DNA from: Candidatus Omnitrophota bacterium | Lineage (GTDB): Bacteria > Omnitrophota > Gorgyraeia > Gygaellales > Profunditerraquicolaceae | Length of the DNA: 34,173 nucleotides | Direction of reading: 5' to 3' | Assembly: GCA_028710405.1 (NCBI GenBank) | Contig: JAQTUD010000004.1 | Coordinates: 1 to 34,173 of the forward strand | Part shown: in pieces, positions 17,672 through 24,113 of the stretch | Layout: each line of letters starts with the position of its first letter | Numbering within the stretch: position 1 is the first letter of the stretch | Program-made: the position numbers and the translations under genes | The notes under the pieces: model-generated | What the model was told of the DNA's origin: nothing | Database searches by the model: none | Seen by the model: the letters and a program-made list of their open reading frames with translations, nothing else

Positions 17672-17770
17672 ATGAAGAGAACTCATCGCAGCGGGCACAA
17701 AAAACACAGGAGGCAGAAAAGACAATTTGGTATAATGGCCGCGTTAAAATGCATCTTCGGATGTCGGTAA
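17672..17770 (+). CDS. Basic His/Arg/Lys-rich micropeptide (32 aa), paralog 2
   Basis: MKRTHRSGHKKHRRQKRQFGIMAALKCIFGCR. GGAGGG RBS 7 nt upstream. Same frame as paralog 1, separated by TAA + 15 nt. Shares the M[RK]R..R[SR][SG]HKK[AH]R[KR] pattern. Confidence 0.4.
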   Translation: MKRTHRSGHKKHRRQKRQFGIMAALKCIFGCR

Positions 17771-17796
17771 ATCCCGGCACCCGTGGCGATGCCGCA

Positions 17797-17830
17797 AGGC
17801 CCGCTCTCGTTTGGGAGCGGGCCTTTTTAT
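17797..17830. terminator. Intrinsic terminator shared by the + strand micropeptide operon and the convergent helicase
   Basis: aggcccgctc-tcgtttgg-gagcgggcc followed by TTTTTATT on the + strand. The helicase stop codon lies inside the tail. Confidence 0.6.
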
Positions 17831-19707
17831 TATGCCTCGCGCAGCTGTTTCTCCGCGTCTATCACGTCGCGGTTAGTCACCCGGACAACCTCTTTTATTT
17901 TTTCTTTTAAGCCAGGCGAACATACCTTGGCATCCATGATCTCTCTTAAGATCTGTATCGCCATCCTGAAATAGCGCACTACTTCGCCCTCATCGGTATC
18001 AGTGAATTGTAATATCTTATCAAAGTTTGTCCCGCGCAGCCATCCTTCCATGCTTGAACTTAAATGAAAATACGGCTGTTTGCTAAAAGGATAAATCTTG
18101 TATTTCTGCTCCCGGTGTTTTATTAGTTCATATATCTCTTCGCAGGCATTTTTGACCTTATGGCCGGTCTTTGAGAGGCTGGTTACGCGTTGGTTCTTTC
18201 TGGGCTCAAAGACTGCCGCCGAGGCGATGATCCCTAAACCGAACTCATCTAATTGTTCCAGGATATTCTGGTCATAAAGTTCCGCCAGGATAAGCTCGTA
18301 ACCGTAGACATTCTTGGCGAATTGGCCTTTTTTGGTCAGGGCCCCTTTATCAATGTAACCCCATTCCTTAAGTAAATTTAATTTTGCCTCCATCAGCCTT
18401 AAGGCTTCTCTCTGGTGGTTTTTATGGGACTGGAAATAATGCAGCGATAGAGGATAGATTTTAAATAGCTCTTCTTTATGTTTTTCATAGAGGTTCAGGA
18501 TAGTAGCATAAGAAGTATTGAACTGGCTTCTGACCTGCTCGGCTCGGCCGTAAATAACGCGTTTTGCCTCGTCAAAATTTATGCGGTTTAAATTCAGGCG
18601 GCAGTAGACAAAACCTTCCTTGTCTATCCCCCGCCGTCCGGCGCGCCCGGCCATCTGGTAGAAATCCCGTGTTTTAAGATTACGCACATAGTGGCCGTAG
18701 AATTTGCGCAGTTCATCCAGGCATACCGAGCGGCTGGGCATATTTATCCCCAGGGCAAAGGTCTCGGTAGTGAATATGACTTTGAGCAGGCGGCTGGTAA
18801 ATAACCGTTCAATGACTTCTTTGAGGGTAGGAAGCATCCCGGCATGATGATAGGCAATACCCTGCTGTATGAGCGGATACATATTCTGCGCGCTGCGCTC
18901 GTGCTTTAAGTCAAAGCGTTCGCAGAGGGAGTTATACAGGTCGGTAATCTCGGCTCTTTCTTTGCCGTTAAGGAAATTAAAACTTTGTAATTCCTGGGCC
19001 AGGTCCTCGGCGCGCCTTCTCCCGAAGACAAAATAGATGCAAGGCAGGCCCTCCTTCTGGCGCAGGTAATTGATCAGCGTATTCATTTTATTCGGCCTGG
19101 CGAATTTGCCCCTTCTTACTTTGTCGATCTTGTCCACGATCTCATTTGAGCTCTGGAAGAAAAAGTGCAAGGGGACAGGGCGTTTCTCTTCAATTACCGT
19201 TTTTACCGGTTTATGGTGTATGGATTCTATCCAGGAGGCAAGTTCATTTATGTTGGGTATGGTTGCCGAGAGCGCCAGCAACTTCATATGTTTGGGAAGG
19301 AATATCAGGGATTCCTCCCAGACTGTCCCGCGCTCGGGATTGTCAATATAATGCACCTCGTCAAAGATGATCCAGGAGTACATCTGGAGGCTCTCCGGTT
19401 CATCCAGCACTTTATTACGGAAGATCTCGGTAGTCATGATCAATACTGGGGCCTGGGGGTTGATAGAGACATCCCCGGTCAATATACCGATGTTATCACC
19501 GAATTGCTGGTAGAAATCGCGGAATTTCTGGTTAGAGAGGGCTTTGATCGGGGCAGTGTAGATGACCCCCAGGTTATTCTGGATGGAGTTATTGATCACA
19601 TACTCGGCAATAGCGGTTTTTCCCGCTCCGGTGGGCGCCGAGACGATTACCGAACAGCCCTGGTTTATATAATCAATAGATTCCTCCTGGAAGCGGTCAT
19701 ATATCAT
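17830..19707 (-). CDS. SF2 DEVH-box helicase, Ski2/Hel308-like
   Basis: Motif I SAPTGAGKT, motif II DEVH, motif VI QMAGRAGRRG. 625 aa. Only minus-strand gene in the window. Confidence 0.8.
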   Translation of the reverse strand: MIYDRFQEESIDYINQGCSVIVSAPTGAGKTAIAEYVINNSIQNNLGVIYTAPIKALSNQKFRDFYQQFGDNIGILTGDVSINPQAPVLIMTTEIFRNKVLDEPESLQMYSWIIFDEVHYIDNPERGTVWEESLIFLPKHMKLLALSATIPNINELASWIESIHHKPVKTVIEEKRPVPLHFFFQSSNEIVDKIDKVRRGKFARPNKMNTLINYLRQKEGLPCIYFVFGRRRAEDLAQELQSFNFLNGKERAEITDLYNSLCERFDLKHERSAQNMYPLIQQGIAYHHAGMLPTLKEVIERLFTSRLLKVIFTTETFALGINMPSRSVCLDELRKFYGHYVRNLKTRDFYQMAGRAGRRGIDKEGFVYCRLNLNRINFDEAKRVIYGRAEQVRSQFNTSYATILNLYEKHKEELFKIYPLSLHYFQSHKNHQREALRLMEAKLNLLKEWGYIDKGALTKKGQFAKNVYGYELILAELYDQNILEQLDEFGLGIIASAAVFEPRKNQRVTSLSKTGHKVKNACEEIYELIKHREQKYKIYPFSKQPYFHLSSSMEGWLRGTNFDKILQFTDTDEGEVVRYFRMAIQILREIMDAKVCSPGLKEKIKEVVRVTNRDVIDAEKQLREA

Positions 19708-19762
19708 AGGGTTATTATATAGTTGATTTATCCAGAAATAAAGGGTAAAATAAAAGTAATCC

Positions 19763-19885
19763 CTCGCCTAAACACGGCAAAAATTTCATAAAACAATAAG
19801 CAAGAAACTTTTGCCGTAGGCTTCGGGATAAATTCGCACAAATAACTTATGTCGGCTTCGCCTCCATAAGTTATGTGCTCATTTA
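19763..19885. repeat. Copy 1 of a structured direct repeat of about 125-135 bp, abutting the thermonuclease start codon
   Basis: About 85% identical by eye to 20455-20592. Contains hairpins cggcaaaa.../...ttttgccg and gcacaaataacttatg-tcggcttcgcctc-cataagttatgtgc, and a cUUCGg motif. Confidence 0.6.
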
Positions 19886-20443
19886 ATGAAAAAGACTGTG
19901 TCATTGATGATATTGGCGTTATTAGCCAGCCTGCCTTTGATCGCCCAGGAGCTGCACGTAGATTATGATCCTAAGAAGGGCATAGTAAGCATTCCTTTCG
20001 GCCAGGCCCAGGCCCAGAAGGCTTATGTCCTGGTGAAAAGGGCGGTGGACGGGGATACCCTGTTGTTAGTGGATGGGCAGAGGGTGCGCTTAATCGGCAT
20101 AGACACTCCGGAGATGCACGAATCGGATAAACTTTACCGCGATGCCCAACGTACCAACCAGGACGTCAACACCATCAAAAAATTAGGCAGGCAGTCTTAC
20201 GAATTTACCAGGAGTATGGTGGAGGGCAAGCGGGTGAGCCTGGAATTTGACGTAGAAAGGCGCGATAAATACGAACGCCTGCTGGCTTATGTCTATCTTG
20301 AAGACGGCACCTTTGTAAACGCCGAGATCGTGAAGCAGGGGTACGCGTCTTTAATGACTATCCCGCCGAATAATAAATACGCGGATCTATTTTTGAAATT
20401 ATATCAGGAAGCGCGCGAAAATAAGCGCGGGTTGTGGAAGTAA
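19886..20443 (+). CDS. Secreted thermonuclease (staphylococcal nuclease/SNase-like)
   Basis: Signal peptide MKKTVSLMILALLASLPLIAQ. VDGDTLLLVDGQRVRLIGIDTPE...YERLLAYVY...NAEIVKQGYA SNase motifs. Confidence 0.8.
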   Translation: MKKTVSLMILALLASLPLIAQELHVDYDPKKGIVSIPFGQAQAQKAYVLVKRAVDGDTLLLVDGQRVRLIGIDTPEMHESDKLYRDAQRTNQDVNTIKKLGRQSYEFTRSMVEGKRVSLEFDVERRDKYERLLAYVYLEDGTFVNAEIVKQGYASLMTIPPNNKYADLFLKLYQEARENKRGLWK

Positions 20444-20454
20444 ATGAGGCTCTT

Positions 20455-20592
20455 CCCTTGCCTAAACGCGGCAAAAATTCCAGAAACAAGAGGAAAGGAA
20501 TTTTTACCGCAGGCTTCGGGATAAATTCGCAGACGGCCCTTACGGGCCTACAACTTATGTCGCTTCGCTCCATAAGTTGTCTGCTCATTTAA
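20455..20592. repeat. Copy 2 of the structured direct repeat, abutting the aroC RBS/start; carries an extra 14-nt hairpin insert
   Basis: Same element as 19763-19885, with the insert cggcccttacgggcc and compensatory stem changes (tttc/gaaa->ttcc/ggaa; ataactt/aagttat->acaactt/aagttgt). Confidence 0.6.
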
Positions 20593-20603
20593 GGAGGAGA
20601 TAA

Positions 20604-21644
20604 ATGTTGAGATGTCTGACCGCAGGGGAGTCGCATGGCAGGGGGATAATCGCCATTTTGGAAGGGATGCCCGCCGGGATAAAGATTGATGTAGCGGTAG
20701 TGGATCGGGAATTAAAACGCAGGCAGTCGGGATTTGGCCGGGGTAAGCGCATGCAGATAGAAAATGATTTGGCGCAGCTTGTCTCCGGTTTAAAAAACGG
20801 CCTGACCCTGGGGAGTCCGCTGACGCTACTTATTTTGAATAAAGATTTCAGCATAGAGAGGCTGCCTAAGGTGCTTAACCCGCGCCCGGGGCACGCGGAT
20901 CTGGCCGGCCTGTTAAAATACGGGTTCAGTGACGCCAGGAGTGTTTTGGAACGCGCCTCCGCCAGGAGCACGGTGGCAACCGTAGGGGTAGGGGCGGTCT
21001 GTAAGATTTTCTTAAATAATTTCGGCATCAAAATATCCAGCCGGGTCCTCTCTGTCGGGGGTGAGAATACCGCCGAGGGAATAAAAGAGAAGATCACGGA
21101 GGCGATACGTAATAAAGATACTGTGGGAGGGATTTTTGAAGTCATTGCCAGAGGCGCGCCTTGCGGGCTGGGTAGTTATGCCCAGGCAGACAGGCGTCTT
21201 GATGGCCGCCTTGCCCAGGCGTTAATGTCTATCCCCGGGATCAAGGCCGTAGAAATAGGCCTGGGTTCAGGATACGGGATAAGTTTTGGCTCAGAGGTCC
21301 ACGACGCGATCTATTATAAAAATGGCAAAGGATATTTTCGTAAGACCAATAATGCCGGCGGAATTGAGGGTGGGATATCTAATGGCCAGGATATTGTGCT
21401 GCGGGCCTGCATGAAACCTATTTCTACGTTATTGGATCCGCTGGATTCGGTGAATATAGCCAGTAAGAAACATGCCTTAGCCAGCACCGAGCGTTCGGAT
21501 ATCTGTGTAGTAGAGGCGGCAGGAGTAGTGGCAGAGTCAGCTTGCGCCTATATTTTGGCAGATGCTATCCTGGAGAAGTTCGGCGGGGATAACCTTTCGG
21601 ATATCAAGAACTCATATCAGGGCTATTTGAAAAGAATTAGATAA
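20604..21644 (+). CDS. aroC: Chorismate synthase
   Basis: MLRCLTAGESHGRG...GRGKRMQIE...RSDICVVEAAGVVAE signature. AAGGAGGAG RBS. Confidence 0.9.
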   Translation: MLRCLTAGESHGRGIIAILEGMPAGIKIDVAVVDRELKRRQSGFGRGKRMQIENDLAQLVSGLKNGLTLGSPLTLLILNKDFSIERLPKVLNPRPGHADLAGLLKYGFSDARSVLERASARSTVATVGVGAVCKIFLNNFGIKISSRVLSVGGENTAEGIKEKITEAIRNKDTVGGIFEVIARGAPCGLGSYAQADRRLDGRLAQALMSIPGIKAVEIGLGSGYGISFGSEVHDAIYYKNGKGYFRKTNNAGGIEGGISNGQDIVLRACMKPISTLLDPLDSVNIASKKHALASTERSDICVVEAAGVVAESACAYILADAILEKFGGDNLSDIKNSYQGYLKRIR

Positions 21645-21705
21645 AAAATTCCTGTTAGAAAATCGCCTCTTCTACGTCTATTTAGAGTAGAAGGGGGTGA
21701 TTGGG

Positions 21706-21963
21706 ATGGAAGATAAGGCGATTTGCGTCAGCCGCGTACACAAGGTCGATGGTGATTCCAGTTTAAAGGCCTTTGTGGATATTACACTCGCGGGTATTGT
21801 GATAAAGGGCCTGCGCGTGGTCAACGGAAAGAACGGCCTGTTTTTGGGTATGCCGCGCCATCAGGGCAAAGACGGCAAGTGGTATCCTACGGTTTATCCT
21901 TTGACCAAGGATATCCAGCAGGAGTTGAGTGATCTGGTACTGCAGGCATATCAGGGAGAGTAA
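21706..21963 (+). CDS. spoVG: SpoVG family regulatory protein
   Basis: ICVSRVHKVDGDSSLKAFVDITLAGIVIKGLRVVNGKNGLFLGMPRHQGKDGKWYPTVYPL resembles SpoVG (…GNNGLFVAMPS…). ATG 21706 preferred over GTG 21697 (RBS AAGGGGGTG). Confidence 0.8.
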   Translation: MEDKAICVSRVHKVDGDSSLKAFVDITLAGIVIKGLRVVNGKNGLFLGMPRHQGKDGKWYPTVYPLTKDIQQELSDLVLQAYQGE

Positions 21964-21986
21964 AAAACAGTAGAAATGTCGGAAAA

Positions 21987-22067
21987 GTCATTGCGAGGAG
22001 GCCGTAGGCCGACGAAGCAATCGCATTTTTGAGATTGCTTCGCTTCCTTCGGTCGCTCGCAATGACG
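21987..22067. other. 81-nt nested inverted repeat (long hairpin) between spoVG and aroK
   Basis: gtcattgcgag (21987-21997) / ctcgcaatgac (22057-22067) 11-bp outer stem. Inner gaagcaatc/gattgcttc with loop gcatttttga. Confidence 0.4.
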
Positions 22068-22095
22068 GTTCTCCGAAGATATTAATTTATTTAGG

Positions 22096-22644
22096 TTGCG
22101 TATGAATAATATCTATTTAGTGGGATTTATGGCCGCGGGTAAAACCAGCGTGGGCAGGGAACTCGCCAAAAAGAAGAAATGGCAGTTTGCCGACCTAGAT
22201 GACCTGATCGAGTTGCGGGAAAAAAGGAGTATCACCGATATCTTCGCCACAAGCGGGGAGCCGTATTTCCGCCGGGTAGAAAAGCAGGTCTTAAGAGACG
22301 CTTGCAAAGAAAAAAACTTTGTCTTTGCCTGTGGCGGCGGGATCGTCATAGATGAAGAGAATATCAAGATAATGAAAGAAAGCGGGACCTTAATCTGTCT
22401 ATCCGCCAGCCCGGAGGCAATTTTAAGGCGCGCCAGGGGATGCACGCACCGGCCGCTTTTAAATGTCAAAGACCCGAAGGATCAAATAGAGCTTTTACTG
22501 AAATTACGCGCCCCCTACTATGCCCAGGCGGATAAGACTATTAATACCTCCAAACTCTCGGTAAACCAGGTGGTGGCCAAGATTATAAAGGCCACGAGCC
22601 GTAAATCCCCAGCCGCAAGCAAGAAACCAAAGAGGAAAAAATGA
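22096..22644 (+). CDS. aroK: Shikimate kinase with Lys-rich C-terminal tail
   Basis: Walker [16 protein letters not shown] and shikimate-kinase core. C-terminal [15 protein letters not shown] extension. Confidence 0.85.
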   Translation: MRMNNIYLVGFMAAGKTSVGRELAKKKKWQFADLDDLIELREKRSITDIFATSGEPYFRRVEKQVLRDACKEKNFVFACGGGIVIDEENIKIMKESGTLICLSASPEAILRRARGCTHRPLLNVKDPKDQIELLLKLRAPYYAQADKTINTSKLSVNQVVAKIIKATSRKSPAASKKPKRKK

Positions 22645-22955
22645 AAAAATGCCCTTATTGCGCGGAAGAAATACAGGATGAAGCGATAAAGTGCAGGTTT
22701 TGCGGAGTGATGTTGGATAATAAAGACCCCAAGACTAAGTGGTATTTTAAAACTTACTGGTTAGTTATTGCTTTCTTGAGCGTAGGCCCATTTGCCTTGC
22801 CGCTGGTCTGGCTAAATCCCCGTTATGATCAGAAAAAGAAGATAATTATAACCATAATAATTATTATTTTAACTTATTATGTGGGCTCTTTGCTTATGGG
22901 TTCCTTCAGGTCCCTAAAACAATATTACGACATCATCTCGCGGGGTAGTTTCTAA
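22641..22955 (+). CDS. Zinc-ribbon membrane protein, hypothetical
   Basis: [19 protein letters not shown] zinc ribbon, then 2 TM helices including a poly-Ile tract ([10 protein letters not shown]). Confidence 0.5.
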   Translation: MKKCPYCAEEIQDEAIKCRFCGVMLDNKDPKTKWYFKTYWLVIAFLSVGPFALPLVWLNPRYDQKKKIIITIIIIILTYYVGSLLMGSFRSLKQYYDIISRGSF

Positions 22956-22980
22956 AAAAAGGGGCCTGACCCCTTTTTTT
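22955..22980. terminator. Intrinsic terminator, palindromic with A-run/T-run (bidirectional potential)
   Basis: aaaaaaagggg-cctga-ccccttttttt. Confidence 0.6.
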
Positions 22981-23007
22981 AGAAAAGCGCCTGAGTCCTT
23001 TTTTTCT

Positions 23008-24105
23008 ATGACGCAGATTGAAGTATTAGTTGCTTTGAATATGGCTTGTGATATCGGCAGCACGCGCCTAAAGAAGCTGCTGGAATATTTCGGCAAGCCG
23101 CAAGAAATCTTAGAAGCCCCGCAGGAGAAGTTAAACGCGGTTGCCGGCATCGGCGAGAATATCGCATCCAGGATCCGCGCGCTTAAAAGCGAGGATATAA
23201 GCAAGGAATTTAAATCCGCGCAAAGGCTGGGCCTAAAGATCCTCACGCCTGAAGACGCGGAATATCCGCATAACCTCAAGTATATTTATGATCCGCCGAT
23301 CGTGCTTTATGTAAAAGGGGAATTGGAGCCGGAGGATAGTCTGGCTTTAGGCATTGTGGGTTCGCGCCGCGCCTCTTTTTACGGCTTATCCTGTGCCCAG
23401 AGATTTGCGGAAGAGCTATCCGCACATAATTTTACCATCGTATCCGGCATGGCGCGCGGCGTGGATACTGCCGCGCATCGCGGGGCATTAAAAGCCGGCG
23501 GCCGGACCATCGCGGTCATCGGCAGCGGTTTTAATAATATTTATCCGCAGGAGAATGTGGGATTAGCCGAAGAGATTGCCGCCAGCGGGGCGGTAATCTC
23601 TGAATTCTCCATAAACACCCAACCCCTCCCCCAGAATTTTCCCCGTCGTAACCGTATCATCAGCGGCCTATCTTTAGGGATATTGGTAGTGGAGGCGGCG
23701 CAGAATAGCGGTGCGATGATCACCGCGGATTGTGCCTTAGAACAAGGCAGGGAGGTTTTTGCCCTGCCGGGTAAGGTAGATTCCGCCACTTCTTTCGGTC
23801 CAAATACTTTAATCAAGCAGGGAGCGAAGTTAGTCTGCGCAGTGGAGGATATACTAGAGGAATTTAATCTTCTCCCACAAGAGGCAAAAAAAGAAAAGGT
23901 GGAAAATACGGATAAAGCCAACGCAGTAATTTCGCAAGAATCTCAGGTGTACGAACTAATATCTTCCGAATCCATCCACCTAGATGAGCTCCTGGAGAAA
24001 ACAAAACTGGATATTCCCAGGGTATCTGGTATACTTCTCTCATTGCAGCTAAAGAAATTGATCCGGCAACTTCCGGGGAAGCAATTCGTAAGGAATAGAG
24101 GCTAA
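23008..24105 (+). CDS. dprA: DNA processing protein A (Smf/DprA)
   Basis: GIVGSRRASFYG...VSGMARGVDTAAHRGAL...TIAVIGSGFNNIYPQEN Rossmann-like DprA core, plus C-terminal winged-helix region. Confidence 0.85.
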   Translation: MTQIEVLVALNMACDIGSTRLKKLLEYFGKPQEILEAPQEKLNAVAGIGENIASRIRALKSEDISKEFKSAQRLGLKILTPEDAEYPHNLKYIYDPPIVLYVKGELEPEDSLALGIVGSRRASFYGLSCAQRFAEELSAHNFTIVSGMARGVDTAAHRGALKAGGRTIAVIGSGFNNIYPQENVGLAEEIAASGAVISEFSINTQPLPQNFPRRNRIISGLSLGILVVEAAQNSGAMITADCALEQGREVFALPGKVDSATSFGPNTLIKQGAKLVCAVEDILEEFNLLPQEAKKEKVENTDKANAVISQESQVYELISSESIHLDELLEKTKLDIPRVSGILLSLQLKKLIRQLPGKQFVRNRG

Positions 24106-24113
24106 ACTACAAA

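Noticed and set aside
17672-17770. Ribosomal protein bL34 (MKRT... start)
   Set aside because: Only the first four residues match. The length (32 versus about 44-46 aa) and the rest of the sequence do not fit bL34. The genomic context is also wrong (no rnpA).
19165-19722. 185-aa plus-strand ORF (and other ORFs 19070-19370) inside the helicase gene
   Set aside because: Antisense to the helicase, whose SF2 motifs are intact. No RBS.
17830-20443. Helicase + nuclease as a defence (Hachiman/Gabija-like) system
   Set aside because: The nuclease has a clear secretion signal and SNase fold (extracellular). The genes are divergent, not co-operonic. No DUF1837 or similar partner is present.
19763-20592. 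Integron attC sites flanking a cassette
   Set aside because: No GTTRRRY/RYYYAAC core sites at the ends and no intI nearby. The repeats are direct, not attC-type imperfect palindromes.
22981-23007. Second terminator after 22955-22980 (agaaaagcgcctgagtccttttttt)
   Set aside because: Similar sequence to the first but the arms are not self-complementary. Probably a degenerate duplicate, not a hairpin.
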